A stretch of DNA of 64,000 nucleotides from a virus (taxonomy: Duplodnaviria; Caudoviricetes), in the IMG/VR virus record IMGVR_UViG_3300014205_000212, positions 1 to 64,000 of that record. One strand, 5' to 3'. A model generated the notes under the pieces. That model had not been told where the DNA came from. It did no database searches and saw only the letters and a program-made list of their open reading frames with translations. This document shows positions 34,477-44,700 of this stretch, piece after piece. Each line of letters starts with the position of its first letter. Positions within the stretch are counted from its first letter, which is position 1. Made by a program: the position numbers and the translations under genes.

Positions 34477-34581
34477 ATAGATTTATTAAGGCTTTCAACT
34501 TAGTTTTTATAATTATTTTTATACCTATTATATTTTATTACTTCATTTTTTTGAACCTTTTAATAAAAATAAAAAAATTAA

Positions 34582-34767
34582 ATGAATAAACTTAAATTAA
34601 CACATAAAGAACAACTTATTAAGTTACTTAATGATTTCACAATGTCATATGTTGATGATGGGAAGAAAATAGTATTCTATAATCCTACAGTATATTTCTT
34701 ACATTATATAGACTTTAAAATAAATTTCATGAAAGGAGAATATTATTATGTGTATAAAAGAGGATAA
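34582..34767 (+). CDS. Hypothetical protein
   Basis: 61 aa. Confidence 0.5.
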   Translation: MNKLKLTHKEQLIKLLNDFTMSYVDDGKKIVFYNPTVYFLHYIDFKINFMKGEYYYVYKRG

Positions 34768-35002
34768 AAGTATTAAATATACAATAACTGATAAATCTTT
34801 TTATTATAGAATAATGTTTGCTATTTCTTATAAAAATGATATATTTACAGTAGAATGTTCTATGATAAATTCTTCTAAACTATTAAAATTAAATGATATT
34901 AATGTTGAAATACTTTCTACTAAGATACCTCAAAGAGTAAAGAATAAAATAACTAAAGATTTACAATTATTAGTTTATAATAAATATTATTTAAATAAAT
35001 AA
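34748..35002 (+). CDS. Hypothetical protein
   Basis: 84 aa. Confidence 0.55.
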   Translation: MCIKEDKSIKYTITDKSFYYRIMFAISYKNDIFTVECSMINSSKLLKLNDINVEILSTKIPQRVKNKITKDLQLLVYNKYYLNK

Positions 35003-35021
35003 TACTATAAATAATTTAATT

Positions 35022-35393
35022 ATGGAAACAAACTTATTTGAACTTATTTGGGATGATTGGGATGGAAGTGATAACTACTTGTTTTTACATTCCAATAAAA
35101 CGCAAGAAGAATTTAATTCTGATGTAAAATTATTGCTCAAAAAATATGGCAAAGAGTATATAGATAGTAATATTGACCAATTTGTAGGAGCGGATGGATG
35201 GATTAGTTTCATAGTACCTAAAATGTCCGAACTTGGATATATCCCTGCTATCCCGATGAGATAGATTTTCTCCTATGCTTCAATAATAAAAGATAAAGAA
35301 GATGAACAAGATAAAAAATGGGGTAATATTGTAGGTAAAAAACTATTAGAAAAAGCGATTCTGAAGAATAAAAAAATTATAGAAAGTCTTTAA
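35022..35393 (+). pseudogene. Hypothetical gene interrupted by one in-frame TAG (35262-35264)
   Basis: 80 codons, TAG, then 42 further sense codons without ATG to TAA at 35391. Confidence 0.45.
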
Positions 35394-35467
35394 AAATGAA
35401 ATTAGACTATTCAACTAATATATTAAATAATATAAGAAATATAAAATTTGAAAAAATATTAGAATAA

Positions 35468-35821
35468 ATGGATGATAAAATTATAATAAATATAGATAAA
35501 AACAAGGTTGATAATATATCAGTTTTAATACCTATAAAAGATTTAAAAGAACTAACTGATTTTAGAAATAATTATCATAAAGATGAAATAACTGTAATAG
35601 AATATCCTAATATATATAATATAAATGAAAATAATTTTAATCCTCGTGATTGTTTAAGAGTTTATAAATTTATGTCTCCAGATGAATTTATGATTAAATT
35701 AAATAATTTTAATAATACTTTACTTAAAAATATTACAGAATTAATGAAGATAAAAAGTGTAGTTATTGAATACAATAAATTATCTTGGTATAGAAAAATA
35801 TTCTATAATATAAAATTATAA
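35468..35821 (+). CDS. Hypothetical protein
   Basis: 117 aa. Confidence 0.6.
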   Translation: MDDKIIINIDKNKVDNISVLIPIKDLKELTDFRNNYHKDEITVIEYPNIYNINENNFNPRDCLRVYKFMSPDEFMIKLNNFNNTLLKNITELMKIKSVVIEYNKLSWYRKIFYNIKL

Positions 35822-35842
35822 GTTTATTTTTATTTGACTATT

Positions 35843-35884
35843 AGAAGGGTTTGAACTATGACAGTTCAAACCCTTCTTTTTTTT
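35843..35884 (+). terminator. Intrinsic terminator
   Basis: 15-bp perfect stem AGAAGGGTTTGAACT/AGTTCAAACCCTTCT followed by a T-tract. Confidence 0.85.
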
Positions 35885-35910
35885 AATATATTTGTATAAA
35901 GATAATTACT

Positions 35911-36603
35911 ATGAAAAATTTAACATTTATTATTCCTTATCAGAAGGATTCAGAAGAAAGATTTAAAAATCTACTTTGGAATATTCAATATCTTCATTCT
36001 CATTTTAACAGTCCAATTTTAATATCTACAACAAAAAAGGATTATCAGGATATAAAAGAATGGAAAGATGTAGAAATAACCTTTATTGATGATATAGAAG
36101 GTAGTTATAGAACATTATTAGGTAACGAAGGTTATAAACATTGTAAAACTAAATATTTCTGTCTTACAGATGTAGATGTCTTTACAGAATATAAACATTA
36201 TATATCCTCATATTGTGCATTAGATGATTATGATTTCTCTATTCCATACTATACAAAGATGTATGATGTGAAATTTAATAATCTATGGTCTAAAGATATT
36301 ATTAAGTATGAAGGTAGTATTGGAGGTTTATTCTTTGGTAGATTAGATAAGATATTAGAAGTAGGTGGTGAGAATATTAATATGAAAGGTTGGGGTTATG
36401 AAGATTTCGAAAGAGTAGAAAGATGTAAAAGACTATTATATAATATTCATCAAACTAACTATGACCTATATCATCTATACCATCCGGAATCGAAAAATCC
36501 TGAACAAGTTAAACTTAATCATGATTATCTCAATAAACTTTATAGATTTAAATACCATCAATGGTATAAACTTGCTGAAGAATTAAAAATTAATTTCCAG
36601 TAA
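35911..36603 (+). CDS. GT-A fold glycosyltransferase (GT7/galactosyltransferase-like)
   Basis: FIIPY...RFKNL, DVD motif, GGENINMKGWGYED, YHLYH. Confidence 0.8.
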   Translation: MKNLTFIIPYQKDSEERFKNLLWNIQYLHSHFNSPILISTTKKDYQDIKEWKDVEITFIDDIEGSYRTLLGNEGYKHCKTKYFCLTDVDVFTEYKHYISSYCALDDYDFSIPYYTKMYDVKFNNLWSKDIIKYEGSIGGLFFGRLDKILEVGGENINMKGWGYEDFERVERCKRLLYNIHQTNYDLYHLYHPESKNPEQVKLNHDYLNKLYRFKYHQWYKLAEELKINFQ

Positions 36604-37381
36604 TCACTATAGGTAATGTTCTTGTTATCTTAATTTCTTCAGATGTCATTCTAAACTCATTAATAAAAGGTGGATTACTTTCTATAGTAGTTTTAATATT
36701 TAAGGTTCCATCTGTTCCTTCTACATAAGAGAAAGAATTATAACATAAAGAATCTGAAAAATCTTGATTTATTCCATTAGGATCATAATCATCTACAATT
36801 TTTACATAAGCTTGTGTAGTACTTATTAAATCAATAATCATAACATATTTATGCATCTCTGTAGCAGGATCTAAATCTGAACCTTTAGTAAATAGAAATG
36901 GGAATGTTTGATTACTTCCTAATGTCAATTTAAAATCTACTTTATTAATCCCACTAACAGAATAATAAATAGAACTTCCTGCTAACATAGTTATTACTAT
37001 TCTATTTCCTGTTCTAAAATAAGAACCAGGTATAGTTAATGTTCTATCTAAAGGACTAGAATTTGTAAATAGGGTACACGGAGATATATGTCTTAATGTA
37101 GCTATATCTAAAGGTAATTGATGAGGTTGTACAAATCTTATAAAAGAATCTGTATATCCATTATACCTTATAGCCACTTCATTATCTGTAGCTGTCTTAG
37201 CATGACCAGCATCTGTTAAACTAGCACTATTATCTGAATCTTTACTAAATAATAAAGATTCAAATAGATATCTAAATGTCGTTTCATCAGGATAGTTACC
37301 TTGTTTAAATCTTTTATAAGCAGAACCTTTAGGAAGTAATGAACTCCAAAAGAAACTTCTATTTTTTCTATTTAATGACAT
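36590..37381 (-). CDS. Tail fibre/spike-like protein (paralog of 37393-38634)
   Basis: Shares an ~90-aa N-terminus ending VQPHQLP with the next gene; beta-rich C-terminus. Confidence 0.6.
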   Translation of the reverse strand: MSLNRKNRSFFWSSLLPKGSAYKRFKQGNYPDETTFRYLFESLLFSKDSDNSASLTDAGHAKTATDNEVAIRYNGYTDSFIRFVQPHQLPLDIATLRHISPCTLFTNSSPLDRTLTIPGSYFRTGNRIVITMLAGSSIYYSVSGINKVDFKLTLGSNQTFPFLFTKGSDLDPATEMHKYVMIIDLISTTQAYVKIVDDYDPNGINQDFSDSLCYNSFSYVEGTDGTLNIKTTIESNPPFINEFRMTSEEIKITRTLPIVITGN

Positions 37382-37392
37382 ATCTTTAATTT

Positions 37393-38634
37393 TTAAATAT
37401 TACTTCCTGTACAACCTACATACATAGCATAAAATACTACAAATGATTTCTGTCTTATATCTACATCTACACTTGCTACTTGTGCAGATGATTCATCTGT
37501 ATATCCTGATATTGTATGTCCATGCATCTCTGTCGCTTGACTTCCTGTTGCCATAGTAGGTGCATTAATTATATTTGCTGTTCCTGTAGTTGTATATATA
37601 AATCCTGCATCTGTTCCAGCAGTGGCTATTACTGTTTGAATTCTATGTACATGTTTAGAATAAATATTTGTTGCTGATACTTGCAAAGGATCATAAGGAG
37701 TTGTTGGTTCCACAAGTCCACTACCTGGTGTATTTTTATGTCTATGTGCATCTAATGGAATATTTGCTTTTACTAATGTCCTTCCATCTGCTCCAGATAA
37801 ATCAAATCCTTTATTAGAAGAATATCCTATAGGAACTCTAGATGTTGTATCAGGTGCTGTATATGTATTAAGAGCAGGATTATAAAATATATTTTTTACT
37901 ATATCATCATTATAACCAGGGAAACTTCCTTGTCCTTGTCCTTTTATTATAATCCATCCTACCCAATCTCCTTTTGCTCCATCTATTCCTATATTTCTTC
38001 CTACACCATTAACATCAAATTCAAATAAAGAATCTCCTAATGTCCTATTATAAGAAGAATACATTCTTACTTCTCCTATTTTACCACTATCTACTTTATT
38101 TGATACTGTAGTAACTGATGCTATTGTTGCAGGAGTTCCTACTTGACTTGTTATCTTTGCCCCTATTAATGTATCTAATGCTGTATTATTAACATCTAAA
38201 ACAACATCATTCCCTGCTCCTCCTGTTTGTGTAACATCAAGAATAGAACCTGATGCTTTTGTAACAGACATATTATTACTTACTGTATATCTATTACCAT
38301 TACCTCCTGTTCTTCCTGTTGCATTACTGTTTTTTGCCACAGAAACACCATTTCCTGCATCTATAATAGGTAGTTGATGTGGTTGTACTACTTTAGCATA
38401 TTGTCTTGTTGTATGCTTTGTAGAATCACAATTAGCTGCATCAACATCTCCGGATAGTTCTACAAACCCTTGTTGAGTTATTGTAGCTGTATCATCGCTT
38501 TCTTTAAGAAATCCTAAACTCTGAAATAAATTATTAAACATACTCTTATCAGGTTTATTACTTGTAGAGAATTTCTTATATGATTCTCCATCTGGTCCAA
38601 AGAAATAACTTCTTAATCTTCTTGTTAATGACAT
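37393..38634 (-). CDS. Tail fibre protein with tail-collar-like region
   Basis: KIGEVRMY...GWII...APDTTSRVPIG and repeated H-x-H motifs typical of collar/needle fibres. Confidence 0.65.
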   Translation of the reverse strand: MSLTRRLRSYFFGPDGESYKKFSTSNKPDKSMFNNLFQSLGFLKESDDTATITQQGFVELSGDVDAANCDSTKHTTRQYAKVVQPHQLPIIDAGNGVSVAKNSNATGRTGGNGNRYTVSNNMSVTKASGSILDVTQTGGAGNDVVLDVNNTALDTLIGAKITSQVGTPATIASVTTVSNKVDSGKIGEVRMYSSYNRTLGDSLFEFDVNGVGRNIGIDGAKGDWVGWIIIKGQGQGSFPGYNDDIVKNIFYNPALNTYTAPDTTSRVPIGYSSNKGFDLSGADGRTLVKANIPLDAHRHKNTPGSGLVEPTTPYDPLQVSATNIYSKHVHRIQTVIATAGTDAGFIYTTTGTANIINAPTMATGSQATEMHGHTISGYTDESSAQVASVDVDIRQKSFVVFYAMYVGCTGSNI

Positions 38635-38650
38635 ATTCTTAATTTTTTAA

Positions 38651-39148
38651 TTATCTAACTTTAAATATTCTCTTTCCTGTCTCACATAAAGGATTACTAC
38701 TTCCTCCTATCATCATATATCCTATTCCATCTAATCCTTGTAGATCTGGATTCAATCCAAAGACATCTAATGCTTCTTGTATATCATATCCTTGTCCCAT
38801 ACAACTAAAATGTTTCTGTATGCAGTCTAAATTATATTTATCAATATAATATTGAGTTCCTTGGTCAACACCACAACCATCATCTATTAATAGATTAACT
38901 CTAGCATCATTAACTCTTTCTATATATATTATCATCAACAATCCAAATAGATAATGAAAATCATTAACCATATTATATAATGTCTCTGTCTCCTTACCAA
39001 AAAGTTCTGCAGAATAAATATTAGATAATATTTTCTGTAAGTTTTCTTTCATAGCACTATAATAGTCTTTAGCTAAATAATGTTCTGTCTCTGCATTTAC
39101 AAAATGAAAGTCAGTATTATGAAATGGTTGTAAAATATTAGTTGCCAT
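38651..39148 (-). CDS. Putative virion structural protein
   Basis: Start reassigned to MATNILQ (coupled to the upstream micro-ORF). Confidence 0.65.
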   Translation of the reverse strand: MATNILQPFHNTDFHFVNAETEHYLAKDYYSAMKENLQKILSNIYSAELFGKETETLYNMVNDFHYLFGLLMIIYIERVNDARVNLLIDDGCGVDQGTQYYIDKYNLDCIQKHFSCMGQGYDIQEALDVFGLNPDLQGLDGIGYMMIGGSSNPLCETGKRIFKVR

Positions 39149-39201
39149 TATTTCCCACAATTACAAGGTTTTGTACTCTTTTTAGTTATCTTCTTAGCCA
39201 T
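39148..39201 (-). CDS. 17-aa micro-ORF MAKKITKKSTKPCNCGK
   Basis: Fills the gap after the 39213 stop; its TAA overlaps the next ATG (TAATG). Confidence 0.5.
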   Translation of the reverse strand: MAKKITKKSTKPCNCGK

Positions 39202-39212
39202 AATATTTTATT

Positions 39213-40646
39213 TTATAATTTATTATATATATTTTTATTTAGATATAATCTATTTAATGGTGTTGAATTATTATTATAATTATATTTTAGTGCATATTTT
39301 AAAACTTCATTAGTATAATCAACATCTTTATTTTTAGCATAATCATTTTCATTTTTAAATTTACCTATTGATCTACTTTTTGCTGGAGAATTATGTTTTG
39401 TAATAGCTCTATATAAGGCTGATGGATTATCATAATTTTTGTTTTTAAAATATTTATAATTATCAGATAATAATTTCATTGTATAAATATATGAACCATA
39501 TTCATTATCTATATCTTTTATATTAAAATATTGTTTTATATTGTTTAAAGTAGAAGGATCAAAATTAGTATCATATTTTATTCTACTTAATCCTTGAGAT
39601 GTTTCGCTATATTCTTCATTTTTTGGTAAAAAAGTATTTGCAATTGTTTTATATAATGAAGACATTGTTTCATAAGGTTCTCTTAAATCAATTCCTATTT
39701 TAGTAAATGATTCATCAAATTTTGTTTCTTTATTTATAATACCTAATGTTGCACGTGTTAAATCTTCAAATTCTGAATCAGATATATTTAAATAAGAAGC
39801 TATTTTATTTTTATTTGCATTCGCATAATTTATAATATTATTTTCATATTTATTTGATGATGTATTAGTTAATTTTTCTTTATCATAAATATAATTTGTT
39901 GATGATAATTGATTATAATCAGGTCGTATTACTTTTGCTACTTTATAAAATGGAAAATTATTTAATTCATTATTTTTAACTGTTGAAGTATAAACATGAC
40001 CTTCATATTTATTACTTAGATTATTCATTTTATGTATATTATGTTCAATATCATATGTTCCATCATTATTTATTTTAGATATAAAAGCTGTATGAGTATT
40101 TCCATCTCCATATTTATTAGCTTCTTTTTGATAATTACTATAACCACCAGTATTAATTAGTACTACATCTCCTACTTTATAATCTTTATCTATTAATTCA
40201 CCATTTTTTATATTTTGTGATAATTGCCAAGCATTTCCATATAAACCTAATTTTTTTCTAAAGTCTTCTTGTGATATATTTGAATTACTAATTCTATAAA
40301 TTTCTTTTTGTACATAATCAGAACATTGTCCTTCTGTGCATTTTGTGCCATTATCTTTTTTTACAGGTTTCAATTGTAATTTTCCAGTATAGGGTTTATC
40401 ATTATTTTTATTTGCGTTTATTTTATTAACTAAAGATGTAATATATTCTTTTTTATCTTGAATTAAAATAGGAACAGAATTATTTACATAAGTTTTATCT
40501 CTTATTGATATTTCTTTTTTTGGTATAATATTATTATATAATTCTTTCTTTGGAATTTGATAATTAGAAGTATTTAATTTAAAATTAATAAATATATCTT
40601 TATTACTCAAATCAATTCCTTTATTTTTTAATATTGGCTCTGGCAT
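39213..40646 (-). CDS. Virion-associated peptidoglycan hydrolase (CHAP/amidase-like plus lysozyme-like)
   Basis: QCSDYV...GNAWQ...KVGDVV...HTAF (Cys/His dyad); second region LGIINKETKF...SQGLSRIK...AITKHNS. Confidence 0.65.
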   Translation of the reverse strand: MPEPILKNKGIDLSNKDIFINFKLNTSNYQIPKKELYNNIIPKKEISIRDKTYVNNSVPILIQDKKEYITSLVNKINANKNNDKPYTGKLQLKPVKKDNGTKCTEGQCSDYVQKEIYRISNSNISQEDFRKKLGLYGNAWQLSQNIKNGELIDKDYKVGDVVLINTGGYSNYQKEANKYGDGNTHTAFISKINNDGTYDIEHNIHKMNNLSNKYEGHVYTSTVKNNELNNFPFYKVAKVIRPDYNQLSSTNYIYDKEKLTNTSSNKYENNIINYANANKNKIASYLNISDSEFEDLTRATLGIINKETKFDESFTKIGIDLREPYETMSSLYKTIANTFLPKNEEYSETSQGLSRIKYDTNFDPSTLNNIKQYFNIKDIDNEYGSYIYTMKLLSDNYKYFKNKNYDNPSALYRAITKHNSPAKSRSIGKFKNENDYAKNKDVDYTNEVLKYALKYNYNNNSTPLNRLYLNKNIYNKL

Positions 40647-40650
40647 AGTC

Positions 40651-41793
40651 TTAACAATTACAAGGTTTAAAACTTCCTGATGTATTAGTAGTAGAAGTAG
40701 TTGTTGTCTGCCATGCCCCTTGACATAGTTCGCATCTCTCTAGTATATCATTTATCTTATCCATTAACATATCTATCTGTTCAGCATAGTCATATCTTGT
40801 CTGGTCATATTCTATAAATCCTAAATAAGAAATAAACTCTTCATTAATATATGCTAGTAATAAAGGATATAAAGCAACTATCTGATTTAAAGACTGTCTT
40901 TGTCTTATCTTCTTCTGTTTTGCTTCTTCATCACAATTATCACAACATGGATCCCAATTATTACACATTACCGACTGTACTAAATAATTATAGCAAGTCT
41001 TTAACTTACAATAACTATAAAGAGGAAATTGTGCAACAACACTATTCGTTCCTGTAGTAAAATCACTACTCGTTGCATTCTCTTCTATGGTTATGATAAA
41101 GACACCATCACTAGGTATTGTAATGTCTGCAATAGTACCTGTAGTCAATCCATTATAGTAAACAGGAACTAATGTACTATCATTAGTAACCATTGTATCT
41201 ATATCATCTCCTATTGCTATATCATAACCAGTAATTAAATATCTTTTATAATATCCTGTTGTTGTATGGTCTATTAATTTAAAACTATCATCACATTCTA
41301 TTAAAACAGTTTCATAATCTACATGAGGAAATACACTCTCATAGATAGTTTCTGAACTAAGAGTTGTATCTGTAGCAAATATAGTTGCTATTGCCCCTGT
41401 TCCTATAACTGTCCATTCTGTTCCTGTTCCCGGTTCTTCTGTTGAACTTGCTACATTACAATAATAAAATGTATCTACTAAGAATACAACAGTATTTAAT
41501 GTATATGTTCCTGCTATCCATACCGGACACCAATAAGCAATTATCTCATAGTTAACTCTTGAATTTGGAAATGCAATGTCCCATGTTCCTGCAGTACCTG
41601 TAATACCAGGATTAGTTATATCATTTAAAGATGTATCTTCTGTATATGTCCCACTACCTGGATCTGTTTTAACTATTAAAGCTATACCATAGTCTTCTCT
41701 TATTGTAGGACTACTATATGTAGAACCATCTATTACTGTTATAAATCCTTCAGTAGTTGTCTGATTCGATGTTAATGATGTTGCTAGTGCCAT
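40651..41793 (-). CDS. Putative virion structural protein
   Basis: 380-aa acidic, Thr-rich ORF in the virion module. Confidence 0.7.
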   Translation of the reverse strand: MALATSLTSNQTTTEGFITVIDGSTYSSPTIREDYGIALIVKTDPGSGTYTEDTSLNDITNPGITGTAGTWDIAFPNSRVNYEIIAYWCPVWIAGTYTLNTVVFLVDTFYYCNVASSTEEPGTGTEWTVIGTGAIATIFATDTTLSSETIYESVFPHVDYETVLIECDDSFKLIDHTTTGYYKRYLITGYDIAIGDDIDTMVTNDSTLVPVYYNGLTTGTIADITIPSDGVFIITIEENATSSDFTTGTNSVVAQFPLYSYCKLKTCYNYLVQSVMCNNWDPCCDNCDEEAKQKKIRQRQSLNQIVALYPLLLAYINEEFISYLGFIEYDQTRYDYAEQIDMLMDKINDILERCELCQGAWQTTTTSTTNTSGSFKPCNC

Positions 41794-41795
41794 AA

Positions 41796-44700
41796 TTATT
41801 CTGTTTTAAAAATTTCTTCAATATTATAATAATTTCTCGTTAATCCAAATTGTCTTGCTACTTTTTCCATATCTCCAGTTCCTATAGACTTAAACATCCT
41901 ACCATAGATAGAGAATACTGTAAACGGATTCATGCTTAATTGTAAAGCTGTAGGACCAGGAGTTAAATCTTTTCCATATTCCCATAATACAGATATTAAT
42001 TTTTTCTTTTTATCTTCATCATCACTTCCTGCAAAAAAGAATATAGCTATTAATGTTAACATAGTAGTTTGAATACTCATTTTAGCAAGATTAAATTTAG
42101 TCATAGTATCTAAATCACCTCCATAGATTAATTTATTAGCTAATTTAGTTACTGACTGAAGCATACCTTCTATTTTAATAATTTCCTTTTCTGTAATCCA
42201 ATTACCATCTTCATCCTTTATAGCTCTATAGCCTACTCCTTTTGTAGTATTTCTAGTTCCTGCAAATATTCCTAAATTTTCTAATCTAGTTAACATGAAT
42301 GTTTGAAATTGACTTATCATCATACCTAAAAACATAGAACCTAGAAATGCTTTATTTGTAGGATCCATTGCTCCAATAATAAACTTATCAGCATACCATT
42401 TAAAAGAACCATCAGATTCTTCAAATGAATATCCTAATATAGGATTCTTTTCAGTTTCATCCTGTTGTCCTTCTTCTATTAGTCTTTGTCTTAATGATTC
42501 TAATAATACATGTTCTCCATTTTTGGTTTTTGCTTTTCCATTTGTGTCATAGTATCTACCATCTTTAGTTTTATCATATATAACTTCACCAGTTTGTTTA
42601 TCTATACTAAATGCCTTATATGAATCATCTTTAATCATTATTGCAGCCATTGAAATAACCCTTGCCATTTCATCACCTGCTTGATTCATTAAGTGCATAT
42701 AATATGTCTGAAAAATATTATTCTTATTAACTTTAGTCATTCTTGGATTGTCGATTAAATCTTTATCCTGACTTAATATTAAATTGTATCTCTTTCCTAA
42801 TTTATAAATTAATTCAAAGTCTTTTGTATCTCCTATCATTACATTTGCCATTCTTATCATTGCTTCATTAATATGTGTAATTCCCGGCATTGCTATATTG
42901 GATTTTGATGCTCCTGATAATGTAGCTGATAATGAATTAGTAAATAAAGCTATATTATTAAATACAGCAGACTTAATAGCTGATTTAATATTATATGCTA
43001 ATATCCATGAAGACGAAGAATGTATCATTGACTTACCGAATTGAGATAAATTCATACCTCCTCCTATTTGAAATCCCGGCTGTATAATTTGTCCATCTGC
43101 TGCAACTTTTTGCTTAAATACTATAGAAGGTAGATTAAGATTTAACTTCTCATCTTTATCTTGCTTGAAAACATTACGTTTTAAGTATGCTTCTAAATAT
43201 TCTTTATTATTTAGCAAATCAGTATGAGGGTACATTTCCATTATAGACAATGTAGCATTATAAATAGGTATGATTTTATTTTCAATAATTTCTTTTCTAA
43301 TAGAAGATAACATAAACATTCCATGTATCTTTTCTAAATCTAAAGACATAACTTCATTAAGATAATTATCTTTAATAATATATCTAGGTTTATCTGAACC
43401 TTTATCATATTCAACATTTAATCCTGCTCTTGATAATATTTCAGCATGGTTAACTTGATTTCCTAATTTAGCAAAAATATTCTGATAATTATCATTATTC
43501 CTATTTATATCTTCTTCTATTAATTCCGATGAATTTCCTGTTACTTTAAAATATTTCTTTATAGAATCTGATATGTGTCCAGATACAAGCAATTCATTAA
43601 TCGTTTTATCCATTACCGGTATATATCCTCTTTCATATCCTGATGACTTAAGAATATTTAATGCATCTTCTCTAGTTCTTTCTACTTTATTATTTAATGA
43701 TTCATTATGAAGAATATTATCTATATATCTTTCTTCTAATAAATCTAAAAATAAATTAGCAAACTTTAGATCATCTTCAGTAAGTGTCTTTCCTATTTCA
43801 TTCTTAGTATCTAAATTTGATTTATCCCAATGGATATAAGGAATAAATATTTTTTTAACTTCTTTACCAATACCTTTACTTGCTTCTACTGTTTTAAATA
43901 AATGTTGAAATGTATTACTTCCTTGATCACTTACATATTTTCCTATTGTACTTCTATTTACTGAACCTTTAATAACTTTATCTATTAATTCATCTTTTCT
44001 TAATTTCTTAATAGCTTCTTTAGTCTTAAATATTATTTCATTGTTTGACTTAATATAGTTATCTCTAAACCATTGTAATATAGAATCGGATATCATATGT
44101 GCAGATTGGAAATACTTTTGCATAGAACCCATATCTTCAACTTTATTATATAACTCTGTAAAGCCTGAAGTTTTCTCCATTACAGCTCTAGCCAATAATT
44201 GATATTCTTCATTCTTATACACTTCTTCTAAAGACATTAGCTTTTCTAAATATCTCATTCTATTAATTAAGACTTTTGTAATATCTCTATTGCTAATATC
44301 ATCTCTTGTAAGAATGTTATATTGCTTTAACTCAAATGCTCTTCTTGCATCTGTTAAAGAACTATCAGTAGATAAGTCTTTTATATGATTAGTTAATATT
44401 GCAAAATAATTCTGCTTGTATTTTATATTATATAATGTGTCATTATTGATAGTAGCCAATATAGCTTCGTTCTTTATCAAATTTAAAAATACAGGAAACT
44501 TCTTTAATATCTTAACTTGTTCAACCATCATAGATAGTTCTGTTATCATTCTAGATTGAATAAGTTTATATGAAGGTGATACAACACCTATATTTCTAAT
44601 CTTTATCTTTGATTCATTATTTGCTATCATGTTAGACTGCATATTCATCATAGTCAACGTAAGAAGTAAATTTCTTATATCTCCATTGCTATTATTTAAT

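Noticed and set aside
36590-38634. Diversity-generating retroelement targeting tail fibres
   Set aside because: No reverse transcriptase or adenine-specific TR/VR pair is visible in the window.
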